Below, piece after piece: positions 39,619 through 52,432 of a stretch of DNA of 64,000 nucleotides. Made by a program: the position numbers and the translations under genes. Origin of the DNA: Raja brachyura. Its lineage: Eukaryota. The stretch's first letter is position 1, and the number at the start of each line of letters is the position of its first letter. The DNA is taken from assembly GCA_963514005.1 (NCBI GenBank), contig OY740804.1, positions 5,518,001 through 5,582,000 on the forward strand. Reading direction: 5' to 3'. The notes under the pieces are model-generated. The model did no database searches. It worked only from the letters and a program-made list of their open reading frames with translations, and was not told the DNA's origin.

Positions 39619-40649
39619 CTGAAGGAAAATTCTTTCATAAATTGAAGAGCAAAATTAGCCTTTCACAAACATATACATTATAGTGTACATCAATGTGTAC
39701 AGGGGAGTCTGCCCAATCATTTACTTAACTCTATTGAATTCTCGTAGATTGCGATGAGAGACAGATACTGCACACCGTCCCTCACCAACTGCACAGGACG
39801 TTCCAAAGCACTTCCCAGCCAATGAATGGTGAAGATGGACACGGAGCCTTTTGCAATTGGAAGGCGCTGTCCAGGGAGTCTTGGTGAGTTGCTGCAGTGC
39901 ATCGTGCAGATGGTGCAAAGTGCTGCTGCTCTGCATCAGCTGAGAAGGTTGAGGATGCGGTGTCTATCAAGCGCTATTCTGGATCAAGACGAACCAAGCG
40001 CAAGTGTTCAGCGAAACTGTGGCCTAGGCTTTGCTTGGCCTTGCTGGTCTAAACCATTCACACTCTCTTCTGGACTTCCCCCCTGACCATCTCCACAGCT
40101 ACTGAGAGCTACATTTCAAAACTCACTTTGACAAAAGTAAGGGTTATAATTTATGTAGTGACGGCCAATTCACTTTAATTTTGTGACATTACTGGAGTTC
40201 CTTCACAGATTCACACAAATGAACACGTTTTTAACCCTGTCATGATCATGAAATTGTTGATCCTTGGTTATAAATGATGATGGATCCAAATAGAATGCAT
40301 TTGGTGCTTTCTCTGTCTCAAAGTGACTGTGAGATCTTAAGAGGAAGCCAGAAAATGAGTGTTATGGCAGAAGGCATACATTTGGTGGAATGCACTCCAC
40401 CTGTTGTGATAAGTGCAGGTCTTTCTCTCCTTTCGAAGCTCAACACCTCACAGGTGAAAGCAACAGGCAATTATTTTCCAGTCCTCCAAGTAAACTATCG
40501 CATTTTACACCATGGGCTCGCGGTGACTGCAATGATGCCGTCTGCAAATACCAAGAAAGCCATGAACATCACCACAAGGTGAAAAACAGCAGCTAGAAGG
40601 ACTGGGGAGGAATTGTGAAACAGTATTCCCACGGGCAGATAACACTCAC

Positions 40650-40970
40650 CTGCATTGTTCATTTCTGTCACATAACTGCACGTTCCTGCTCCTTTTAAAA
40701 CTTTCACGTTGAGTATTTCACTGGGTTTTGTCCCACCATTATTTGACGCTGTGCAGTAATATTGACGGTTTTGACCTCCGAGGATTTCACAACTCAGATC
40801 CAGTTGATTGCCCGAGGAGATCTGTGACCACCCATACTTGTTCTTCTCACACCATGTGTAGTGGATGGGAAGGGATCCACGGACAGACTCACACGACACT
40901 GACACTGAGCCTCCGAGACGTGAGGCATTTGCTGGTGACAGATATCTGAGCACAGGAGCAGACACGGGTT
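40650..40970 (-). CDS. Receptor C C2 exon (type a)
   Basis: 321 nt, open, phase 1-1, close paralog of 32961-33281. Confidence 0.88.
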
Positions 40971-42656
40971 CTGTGGGAATGGAGCAAACATTCAGTCACC
41001 TGTATGAACAGTTCAAAACCAAACACATGCTAAATCTCAGCAGCCCTTTATCTCAGCCCGAACCGTCCGGTTGATATCTCACCGGCTCATCTACATCTCT
41101 GTGAGTGTGCGAAGCCCAGAAACTGAAGAAGGTTAGCGTTACAGAGAACCCAGTGGCATTAGAGTTATAGAGAACAACATGTGTTTCTAGGCAGTAGCCA
41201 TATGTCCACGGTTCTCCCTTATCACTCGCAATAATCCCAATCTACGTAAATGTCCAAAATGTATTTTAAATGCTGTTATTCTGACTGCCTCAACAACCTC
41301 CTCTGGCAGCAGGTTCTATACAAATATCACCCAATGTGTGGAGAATGTTGTCCCTCAGAACAGAAGATGGGATGTTATCTTTCAGTTGTACATATGTTGT
41401 TGAGGTCGAACGTTGGCGAATTATGTTCAGCTTCAGCAACTCATCTATACAAAACATGCCATTACGGTCAATGGCACCTTATTATTCCACCCTCTTTAAA
41501 TATCTCCCTTCACCCATGTTCTCTACTTTCACATCCCACACATCGTGGGAAAATGAACATGCTTGTCGTGATTGATATATTTCTATAAGTTTCTCGCCGA
41601 ATCATTTCCACACCAAGGAATGACGTCTGAGTTTTTCCAATCGCTCCCTGCGTCAATCAAATCCTGTCCAGGCAACGTCGCCCTAAAACCTCTCTGCACG
41701 CTGTCCTCTTCAACTGCACTTTTCGTGAAGCTGAGGGATTAAAGCGGAACACAATTCCCAGAATGTGGAATCAACATCTGCACGTCTGAAGCAGATCATC
41801 TCAAATTATGTTCTGAATGTTCTCACTGATGAAGACCAGCGTGCCAAAAAACATGTTGAATGCCTTGGAATTCTAAGACGAAGGGAAGGTGACAACGAGG
41901 CATGCAAGCAAACCTCTGCCTCACCCGAAAAGACTGTTGGAGTCCTTATGCGGAGCGGACGGGGGAGGTATAGGGACAGATGTTGCATCTGCTGCAGTTG
42001 CAGGGGAAGGTACATGGGGACGGGGTGTTTTGGGTGGGAAAGGACGAGTTGATCAGAGAGTTGCAGAGGGAACGGTCTCTTCGGAAAGCAGAAAGCTGCG
42101 ATGGAAAGATGTGGCTAGTTGGGGCATCCCGATGGAAGTGGCGAAAACGTCGAGGATGATGCGCTGTGAGCGACGGCTGATGGGGCGAAAGATGAGTTTA
42201 TTCTGCTTACCACCAGGGATATGCCCGGTGGGGAGACCTGTTGACTGCCGGCGGTGGGTGGACAATGGCTGCTGGGGGTGGGGGCGCATTGACGGGGCAG
42301 AGGGAGAGAGAGAGAGCGCGGGGTGGGGAGGAAGTGACTGATGCCTGAGCTGGGGGCGGGAAGCGGGCTGGCCTGCCCCGGGAGGACTTAACGCAGTCTG
42401 CTGAGTTCTGAGGACTGATTCCATGTTTAATGTCCTCTGGGTATTCGGACCACGAGGAACACTTGTTTCTCACTGATCTGTTCCTGTCGGATTATTAGTT
42501 TGAGTGGGAATGGAAATCTCTGACAGGGTGACAATTTTTTTTACAGTTCAGAGACAGGGAGATGTGCTGAGCATTCCACTTGATGTGACACTTCCCGGAT
42601 AAAACATGGAACAGGCATTTCAGTGGAGACATCAAGTCAATCGCTGCGAAACGTAC

Positions 42657-42977
42657 CGTCAGATACTTGCAGATTGAGTTTAATCATTGGATCCCAGCCA
42701 GATTTATAAATTCCACAGCTGTACCGCCCTGCATCTCCAGAGCGAAGATCCACCACAGTCACAGTAAATATTCCTCGTGCCGGGTTATCTGTGATTGACA
42801 CTCTTCCATTCCGTCCGTATTGCCTATTTGTTTCCACTAAAACGCTACACAGGTCAGTCCGCACACGGCACCAGTATTTTGTGTGTGAGTGGTACTCTGC
42901 TGCATAGTGACAATCGATTGTGATCGCTCTTCCCACAACTCCTCTTACATCCTTCTCTCCCCACACTGCACCTGAAA
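42657..42977 (-). CDS. Receptor C first V exon (V1 type)
   Basis: 321 nt, open. IDCHY, KYWC-x6-C, DAGRYSCGIYKSGWDPM. Confidence 0.92.
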
Positions 42978-44172
42978 CTGAGGGGATAAACTTTCAGATG
43001 GAGTGCAAAAGAACTGTTTAATGGAAATAGATACATTTTGAAGATTACCAAGAAAAAAATAATTAAATCGTTCCATGATGTGTCATATTACTTCCCGGCC
43101 AATGTATCAGGTCTGAAGTGCAGGCAGTGCTGTTATTGCACCAGTTGTGTCAGTGTTCTGTCCCCGGGTCCGTACAATTAGGGTTCAATTCCCACTCCAG
43201 TTCCCTCAGCAGAAATTGGGCTGGGATCGCAGTGCGGTACTGAGGGAGCGCGTCAGTTTTGCAGGAGCTGCCTTTCAACAATCCCAGGCGGTGCCCGGCC
43301 TCTCACCCTACAGAAATACCCCACTTTGCTATTTCATTGGCGGTGCCGCCGGCTGCGCTGCCAACATTCATCTCTCAAACGACACTGGGCCGGACCCGTG
43401 TTTAGACATTCACTGCCTTTACAACGCCCAGACTGAGGACAGAGGACGGACGGGTTACAATAAAGCGGGTCCTTCACTGGAGAGTGTTACTAGCGTGAAA
43501 ACGCACACCGCCAGATTCAGGGACAGTTTCATCCCAGGTGTAATCAGGCATCTGAATCATCATATCTTCTACTTCTCTGATGATCCTCGGACTACCCTTG
43601 ATCGGACTTTGCTGGCTTTACCTTACACTAAACGTTATTTCCATTTCATGTATTTATGCACTGTAAGAGGATCGATAACAATCACGGATTGTCTTTTTGC
43701 TGGCGAGTTAGCTCGCTACAAAAACAAACTGTTCACTCTACCTCGGTACACGTGGCAATAAACTAAACTGAATTTGGAACACGCTGCTCATCTTGGACAT
43801 GTTCTATTCCCAATGACCCCGGCTCACCTTGGACCTTTCAGCGCGACTGGGCCGCGGATTGGAGAGAGAATGGAGAGAGCGTTGGGAGTGGGTGGATAGA
43901 GCGAGGACAGTGGTTCAGTTTCAGACTCCAGGGAATGGATGGTTTTACGACAGAGTTGAGTTGGACAACTGCAGGGAATATTTGAACTGACACAATGAGT
44001 CCACAAGAGTCTCGATATGCAAATATGATTTCAGATCCATCTCCACAATGCACTGAGTTCCATCTCCCCCATTACACGTCTACACATACTTAACCATCTC
44101 TACTGTGGAAAGGGTGCACGGGACCCCAACTAACATTGATCATTGGAATATCTAGATCTGGCTTTCACTCAC

Positions 44173-44209
44173 CGGGCAGCGAGGAGATGAGAAGAATGGG
44201 GATCCACAT
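44173..44209 (-). CDS. Receptor C leader exon MWIPILLISSLP
   Basis: 37 nt, ATG at 44209, donor CCG|GTGAGT. Confidence 0.9.
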
Positions 44210-44400
44210 TGTTTATCCTTAATGACAAGCCCAGCACTTTTCTGCCTGTCGATCAGCTCTGAGCTCTCAGATACAACCGCATCTCTCAATTAGCAATGAG
44301 GAAGAAGGGAACAGGAAGTCACATTGCGAACCAGAGCGAGCCAGTAGCAGCTCGACACGATGTAGTGTGAAAGGCTCAGGGTTATATTTAGCAAATCGTT
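44210..44400 (-). promoter_or_regulatory. Proximal promoter of receptor C (paralogs at 35778-35960, 62907-63095, and more diverged 10857-11000)
   Basis: Immediately 5' of the leader. Purine box aatgaggaag...gggaacaggaagt (ETS/PU.1-like) is retained even in the divergent gene A. RUNX-like aaccaca in B and D. Confidence 0.55.
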
Positions 44401-45600
44401 GAGTCAGACATAGTCATACAGCAGGAAACAGGCCCTTCTCCCCAAGCGTTGAGCCAACATGCTCATCTAAGGTACACAAAAGGCTAGAGAAACTCAGCGG
44501 GTGCAGCAGCATCTAAGGAGCGAAGGAGATAGGCGACGTTTCGGGTCGAGACCCTTCTTCAGACTAAGTTCAAGGGCCAGATACACGTTGGTATTGCAGC
44601 TGCTTCAATCACTTCGTCAAGTATGATGTTTCCGTAAGGTTGGAGCGGCGGTTATCAATGTTCCCAGAGTCTGTTAACTCTCAACAGTGGCAGACCAAAA
44701 AAAATGCAGGAACAACTCTGCGGGCCAGACAGCACCTCTGGGGCAAATGGATAGGTGACGTTTCGGGTCTGGACCGTTCATGCAAACAATGATACGTTGG
44801 TTAAAATATGACATTTAGAGGAGTAGAAACGTCTAAGATGTGTACACTTCCTGATCATTCCCTCTTGATGATTTTCTAAGTGGACCGGCAGATCAAAAAT
44901 ATAAGAATTGGATACTTTGTTGTGGCATATTGCTGTTGACAAGGGGCAAAACAGGAAGCTGGCGTGAGGAAGTAGGGGCTTTTGATCTGAAATCAGCTGA
45001 GGTTAATTGAAGTTTGGGCCTCTTCTCTATGTTTCAACTATTTAATTCAAACTTTGAAACACTATTGTTATGATATTCATGTTTTGAAAATGACAATTAA
45101 TGGTGTGGACTGTGAAGACGTTTGTCTAGAATTACCACAGGATGGAGATCTGCTGGGAAAGCGGGATGTGGAGTATAACTGACGTGTGGAATGTAACTCA
45201 AACAAGGGCGAAGTGATACACTTGGTGAAGTTCAGGCAAGGTAGAATATGCACGGTGAATTGAATTGTTAACTTGTCTTCTTTGCAATGCGGAGCTAATA
45301 CATTATCAGATTTGTGTTCATGTACATTCTATTGGCTGATTCTGTACATCTGCCTGCAACGATTTCATTCCGCACGCAACCAGTTGCATTATAATATAAC
45401 CTAATATCTGCTGCGGGCTATCGTTCTGGGTGTGTCACTTTCAGTGGAACAGTGCAGTTTACTCGGGTTGTGTACATCAGTGGCAGTGTTATGCATCACG
45501 TGGTATCGGTGTCACACACAGACGTGTTCACCACTGATCTTACTTGAGCGTTGACGAGCCTCAGTGAAGGATATTTCGTTGCGAGCTATTTCCTCTTTAC

Positions 45601-47530
45601 TTGCCCAACTAAAAACACTGCATAGAGGAACCGACGATGCAGCAAAAGAATTTAATTCTGTCTTCATTCGCCTTTTACCCATGACTTCTGCAAACACTGC
45701 TCAGCAAAGAGTGTTACAACGAGCTGCTCGCAAGATGCGATTCTGAGATACGAATCTACACACCCTTGTTTCAGCAGCGCGAGCAAAATGTCACCACTGC
45801 AGAACATTTCAGTGTAAAGAAATAAATTACTGTTTAAACATATTTGATTAAAGTACATTCCACGTCAGCACCCACCATTAAAAGCAGCAGTGGCATCGAC
45901 GCAAAAGGTCACCCATTCTTTCCATCCGGTGTTGCTGCCTGTCCCGCTGAGTTGCTCCAGTATTTTGTGTCTATCTGTAGCATCTCAGACCGTTTATCTC
46001 TCACTATCTGTGACGCACATTGGGGTGTCTTGCAGTGGGGAAAAGCTAAAATTCAAGAGCATTCCTCCCGTTAGATCATTAACAAGCTCCACTTGAACAG
46101 GCCATACGTCATCAGTGTGACCACATAATTTACAAGTCTCTCTGGCTATTCAGCACCCCTCAGATATTCCTGACCTAGGGGTTTGTGAGTTCAAAGCACC
46201 CTCGGGTCTAAGTTCCTTGTCTCCCCGCTTACTGTGTGGGGAATATTTATCTTTGTCAGTGGGACATTTTACCCAAAGCAATCCTTGAGTCTTTCCGAAC
46301 TTTATGGTGGTTAGTCCGTTATTGCAGGTCACCATTTTTTTAATTTTCAAACAACATCCTTCATAGTTCTTTCATGGGCGGGGTTATAGTCACAAGTCAG
46401 ACTGAGGAATGCAACACAATGTATTTGCAGTTTCACACCCCGGTCTTTGCAAGCTGCAACTCAAACATTGTGTCCTGCACAAGAATAGACTTTCCACTAG
46501 TTTAGTTTAGTTTATAGACAGAGCGCGGAAACAAGCCCTTCGGCCCACCGAGTCTGCACTTGTCCAACTAAAAACACTGCACAGAGGAACCGACGATGCA
46601 GCAAAACAATTTAATTCTGTCTTCATTCGCCTTTGACCCATGACTTCTGCAAACACTGCTCAGCAAACAATGTTTCAACGAGCTGCTCGATAGATGCGAT
46701 TCTGAGATACGAATCTACACACCCTTGTTTCAGCAGCGCGAGCAAAGTGTCAGCACTGCAGAACAATTCAGTGTAAAGAAAAAAATGACTGTTTGAACAT
46801 ATTAGATTAAAGTACATTGCAAGTCAGCACCCACCGCTAATAACAACAGTGGCATCGACCCGAAATGTCACCCATTGTTTCCCTCAAATGAAGCTGTCCG
46901 TCCCGCAGAGTTGCTCCAGTATTTTATGTCTATTTGTGCCATCTCTGACCGTTTACCTCTCACTATCTGTGAGGCACTTTGGGATATCTTGCAGTGGGGA
47001 AATGCTCCAATTCATGATCGTTCCTCACATTAGATTATTAACAAGCTCCATTTGAACGGGCCAGGCAGCATCAGTATGACCACAGAATCTGCAAGTATCT
47101 CTAGCTATTCAGCACCCCTCTGATATCCCTGTCCTGGGGGTTTGTGAGTTCAAAGCAGCCTCTGGTCTCATTTCCTCGCCCCCCCCCCCCCCCCCGCTTA
47201 CTGTGTGACAATATTTATCTTTGTCAGTGGAACATTTACCCAACGCAATCCTTGACTCTTTCCGAACTTTATGGCGGTTCCTCCGTTATTGCAGGTCACC
47301 ATTTCTTATTTCCAAACACCATCCTTCATAGTTCTTTCATGGGCGGGGTTACAGTCACAAGTCAGGCTGAGGAAAGCAACACAATGTACTTGCAGTTTCA
47401 CGCCCCGCGCTTTGCAAGCTGCAACTCAATCATTTTGTTCTGCACAAGAATAGACTCTCCACTAGTTTAGTTAGTTTAGTTTAGTTTGGAGATACAGCGC
47501 GGAAACAGGCCATTCGGCCCACCGAGTCCA
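45601..47530. repeat. Direct tandem duplication of about 960 bp, upstream of receptor C
   Basis: 45601-46560 is collinear with 46560-47530; both begin ttg(c/t)ccaactaaaaacactgca. Confidence 0.92.
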
Positions 47531-47785
47531 CGCTGACCAGCAATCCCCGCACATTACACTACCCCACACACGCTGGGGACAATTTACATTTATAGCAAGC
47601 CAATTAACCTACACACCTGTATGTCTATGGAGTGTGGTAGGAAACGGAAGATCTCGAAGAAAACCCACGCGGTCACGGTAGAACGTACAAACTCCGTACA
47701 GACAGCTCCCGTAATCGGGATCGAACCTGGGTCTCCGGCGCGGCAAGCGCTGTAATGCAGCAACTCTACCGTTGCGCCACCGTGG
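47465..47785 (-). mobile_element. Complete tRNA-derived V-SINE with (aaact)n tail
   Basis: A and B boxes, V core, 3' end gggccgaatggcctgtttcc, tail reading (tttag)n on +. Confidence 0.85.
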
Positions 47786-48009
47786 CCACTATTTGTAGTC
47801 ATTTAACGCATTTGTGCGGTGGACAAAATGAATCACTCGTTGCAGCATTAATATGTTTATCAATATTACGGTACTTCAAAGACGCGAAAGTGGGGTGATG
47901 TAGAACCAGTGTGAAAGGGTTGATACTGGTTGACGTGGACTCGGTGGGCCAAATGGTCTGTATCCAAGCTGTATCTTTCAATCACTTAATCGAAAAATAG
48001 TTGTATGAC

Positions 48010-48695
48010 ATGCTGGAGTAACTCGGCGAGACAAGGGGCATCTCTGGATGAAAGGAACGGGTGACGTTTCGCGTCGAGACCCTGCTTCAGACTGAAGTCA
48101 GGGGAGAGGGAGATACTTGGATAAGGATCCGTGGTGTGGAAACGTGACAAAGGGGATGGAGGTCAAGGACAATGTAGAATATATCATTGATAGCTGCGAG
48201 AAGGTAACAACAAAGCAATTAGAGATAAAATGTAGTCGGAGACTGTCAGACTATCGGAGAACTAGCAAGAGGGTGGGGTGGATTGAGACGGAAAGCGAGG
48301 GTTACTTGATGTTAGATAAATCAATAATCACACCACGGGGATGTAAGCTGCCCAATCAAAATATGAGGTGCTCTTCCTCCAATTTGCGCTGAGACTCACT
48401 CTGACAACGGAGGATGCCCAGGACAGAAATGACAGTGTGGGAATGGTAGGGGGGAGATAAAGTGTTTAGCAAGCGGGATATCAGGGAGGTTTAAGCAGAC
48501 TGAGCGGAGGTGTTCAGCGAAACGATCGCCGAGAAACGAGAACAAGCGCAGGCTCGGCGATCAATTCGCTGAACACCGCCTCTCAGTCCGCCTAAACCTA
48601 CCTGAACTATCTACTGATGTCGCCTGTCACGCTGAGTTACCCCAGCAATTTATGTCTATCTTCAGTTGAAACCAGCATCTGGAGTTCCTTCCAAC
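48010..48695. mobile_element. Penelope-like fragment with a terminal inversion
   Basis: 48483-48533 and 48553-48604 are inverted copies. Terminal-repeat sequence faces outward at both ends. Confidence 0.7.
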
Positions 48696-48933
48696 CTAAA
48701 AAGTAGTTGCATATTGGAAATGAAATCTGCAGATGTTGGATGTGCTTTGTGCGTCAGTCCGCGTCTGTGGAGAGAAAAATAAGGCTAATCGTGTGAACAA
48801 TTTCGTAGCATAATTTTGTTCTGATGGTATAGCATGGTCTGAAATATTAATTGATTGCCTCTCCTAAACGCCTTTAACGTTTGGCAACAAGAGGAATATC
48901 CAGCAGTCTAATCAAAACAAATGAGACAACCCA

Positions 48934-48953
48934 TTTATTGACAACCATTTATT
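48934..48953 (-). terminator. Two AATAAA polyadenylation signals, probable original 3' end of receptor D
   Basis: tttatt at 48934-48939 and 48948-48953, with a GT/T-rich element downstream on the minus strand. About 200 nt past the D stop once the L1 insertion is removed. Confidence 0.55.
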
Positions 48954-49387
48954 AAGAAGCGTTCCGTTTCATTATTATCAATTAATCTGTGAAAAAAAAA
49001 ACATGAAATTGTATGCATATAATATAGTTTAACTGGACTATACTCATAGAATTCAAAGAAGACATTTGTGCAAACACAAAGAATTTGGTTGATGGAACAC
49101 TCCCTAATTGTTTGTATTATTATTGGGCAGCAAACGTCAAAAATGTGATTCACCTGTGGGACAACTGCCCAGCGGGTGGATTGGATAGTAATGGAGAGAG
49201 AGGATTGCACCCCATTTAATATAGGAGCGATCCTTGTCTCACCAACAAAACTGAAAAATACAATATATAGTAAAAATCAAATTATTCATAGTACTATTAA
49301 CCATATAACCATATAACCATATAACAATTACAGCACGGAAACAGGCCATCTCGGCCCTTCAAGTCCGTGCCGAACAACTTTTTTCCC

Positions 49388-52300
49388 TTAGTCCCACCTG
49401 CCTGCACTCATACCATAACCCTCCATACCCTTCTCATCCATATGCCTATCCAATTTATTTTTAAATGATACCAACGAACCCGCCGCCACCACTTCCACTG
49501 GAAGCTCATTCCACACTGCTACCACTCTCTGAGTAAAGAAGTTCCCCCTCATGTTACCCCTAAACCTCTGTCCCTTAATTCTAAAGTCATGTCCTCGTGT
49601 TTGAATCTTCCCTATTCTCAAAGGGAAAAGCTTGTCCACATTAACTCTGTCTATCCCTCTCATCATTTTAAAGACCTCTATCAAGTCCCCCCTTAACCTT
49701 CTGCGCTCCAGAGAATAAAGACGTAACTTATTTAACCTATCTCTCTAACTTAGCTGTTGAAACCCAGGCAACATTCTAGTAAATCTCCTCTGTACCCTCT
49801 CTATTTTGTTGACATCCTTCCTATAATTGGGTGACCAAAACTGCACACCATACTCCAGATTTGGTCTCACCAACGCCTTGTACAATTTTAACATTACATC
49901 CCAGCTTCTATACTCAATGCTCTGATTTATAAAGGCTAGCATACCAAAAGCTTTCTTTACCACCCTATCTATATGAGATTCCACCTTCAAGGAACTATGC
50001 ACAATTATTCCCAGATCCCTCTGTTCAACTGTATTCTTCAATTCCCTACCGTTTACCATGTACGTCCTATTTTGATTTGTCCTGCCAAGGTGTAGCACCT
50101 CACATTTATCAGCATTAAACTCCATGTGCCATCTTTCAGCCCATTTTTCCAACTGGCCTAAATCACTCTGTAGACTTTGGAAATCCTCTTCATTATCCAC
50201 AACACCCCCTATCTTGGTATCGTCTGCATACTTACTAATCCAATTTACCACCCCTTCATCCAGATCATTGATGTACATGACAAATAACAAAGGACCCAAC
50301 ACAGATCCCTGAGGCACCCCACTAGTCACCTGCCTCCAACCCGACAAACAGCCATCCACCATTACTCTCTGGCTTCTCCCATTCAGCCACTGTTGAATCC
50401 ATCTTGCTATTCCTGCATTTATACCCAACAGTTGAACCTTCTTAACCAACCTTCCATGAGGAACCTTGTCAAAGGCCTTACTGAAGTCCATATAGACAAC
50501 ATCCACTGCTTTACCCTCGTCAATTTCCCTAGTAACCTCTTCAAAAAATTCAAGAAGATTAGTCAAACATGACCTTCCAGGCATAAATCCATGTTGACTG
50601 TTCCTAATTAGACCCTCTTTATCCAGATACTTATATATATTATCTCTAAGTATCTTTTCCATTAATTTGCCCACCACTGAAGTCAAACTAACCGGTCTAT
50701 AATTGCTAGGTTTACTTTTAGAGCCCTTTTTAAACAATGGAACAACATGCGCAGTACGCCAATCCTCGGGGACTATTCCCGTTTCTAATGACATTTGAAA
50801 TATTTCTGTCATAGCCCCGGCTATTTCTACACTAACTTCCCTCAATGTCCTAGGGAATATCCTGTCAGGACCTGGAGACTTATCCACTTTTATATTTTTC
50901 AAAAGTGCCAATACTTCTTTTACTTTGAAACTCATAGTATCCATAGCTACTCTACTAGTTTCCCTTACCTCACATAATTCAATATCCTTCTCCTTGGTGA
51001 ATACCGAAGAAAAGAAATTGTTCAATATCTCCCCCATCTCTTTTGGCTCTGCAGATAGCTGTCCACTCGGTCTCTCCAATGGACCAATTTTATCCCTTGT
51101 TATCCTTTTGCTATTAATATAGCTGTAGAAACCCTTTGGATTTACTTTCACCTTACTTGCCAAAGCAACCTCATATCTTCTTTTAGCTTTTCTAATTTCT
51201 TTCTTAAGATTCTTTTTACATTCCTTATACTCCTCAAGCACCTCATTTGCTTCATGCTGCTTATAATTATTGTAGATCTCCCTCTTTTTCCGAACAAGAT
51301 GTCCAATTTCCCTTGAAAACCAGGGCTCTTTCCAATTTTTACTGGTTCCTTTCAACCGAACAGGAACATAAAGATTTTGTACTCTTAAAATTTCCCCTTT
51401 AAATGTCCTCCATTTCTCCTCTACATCTTTCCCATAAAACAAAATGTCCCAGTTCACTCCTTTTAAATCATCTCGCATCTCGTTAAAGTTAGCCTTTCTC
51501 CAATCAAAAATCTCAACACTTGGCCCAGTTCTGTCCTTCTCCATAATTATATTGAAACTAATGGTATTGTGATCACTGGACCCGAAGTGCTCCCCTACGC
51601 ATACCTCCGCCACCTGTCCCGTCTCATTTCCTAACAGGAGGTCCAGCACTGCCCCTCCTCTAGTAGGCACCTCTATGTATTGCTGCAAAAAACTATCCTG
51701 CACACATTTTACAAACTCCAAACCATCCAGCCCATTTACAGAATGTGTTTCCCAGTCTATGTGTGGAAAGTTGAAATCTCCCACAATCACTACCTTGTGC
51801 TTACTACTAATATCTGCTATCTCTTTACATATTTGCTCTTCCAATTCTCGTTCCCCATTTGGCGGTCTATAATATACCCCTATAAGTGTTGCTACACCTT
51901 TCCCACTTCTAAGTTCCACCCAAATAGCCTCCCTAGATGAGCCCTCCAATCTATCCTGCCAAAGCACTGCTGTAATATCTTCCCTGACTAGCAATGCAAC
52001 ACCTCCACCTCTTGCCCCTCCAATTCTATCACACCTGAAGCAACGAAATCCTGGAATATTTATTTTCCAATCACAGCCCTCCTGCAACCATGTTTCACTG
52101 ATCGCCACAACATCATACTTCCAGGTGTCTATCCAGACTCTAAGCTCATCCACCTTTCTGACAATGCTCCTAGCATTAAAATATGCACATTTAAGAAACC
52201 CCCCATCTCTTGTTCTCTGTTTATTTCCTTTTTTTTCTTTCTCCTCTTGTGTCCGAGTGCTTCCCTTTTCTGCTTCCTGCCTCCCATTCTGTCTACTAGC

Positions 52301-52432
52301 TTTTGCTATTTGCATCCCTCGCCCCAACCATTCTAGTTTAAAGTCTCCCCAGTGGCCTTTGCAAATTTCCCCGCCAGGATATTGGTCTCCCTCGGGTTCA
52401 AGTGCAACCCATCCTTTCTGTACAGGTCCCAC
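49388..52432 (-). pseudogene. CR1 ORF2: APE endonuclease and reverse transcriptase, with a single in-frame TAG at 49745-49747
   Basis: NARS, SETW, GDFN, SDH; PGPD, NYRPVSL, GVPQGSVLGP, YADD. The frame continues after the stop to 49388. Confidence 0.95.

Noticed and set aside
43147-43761. 204-aa plus-strand ORF in receptor C intron 1
   Set aside because: It is a patchwork of repeat fragments and the frame is not conserved in paralog D.
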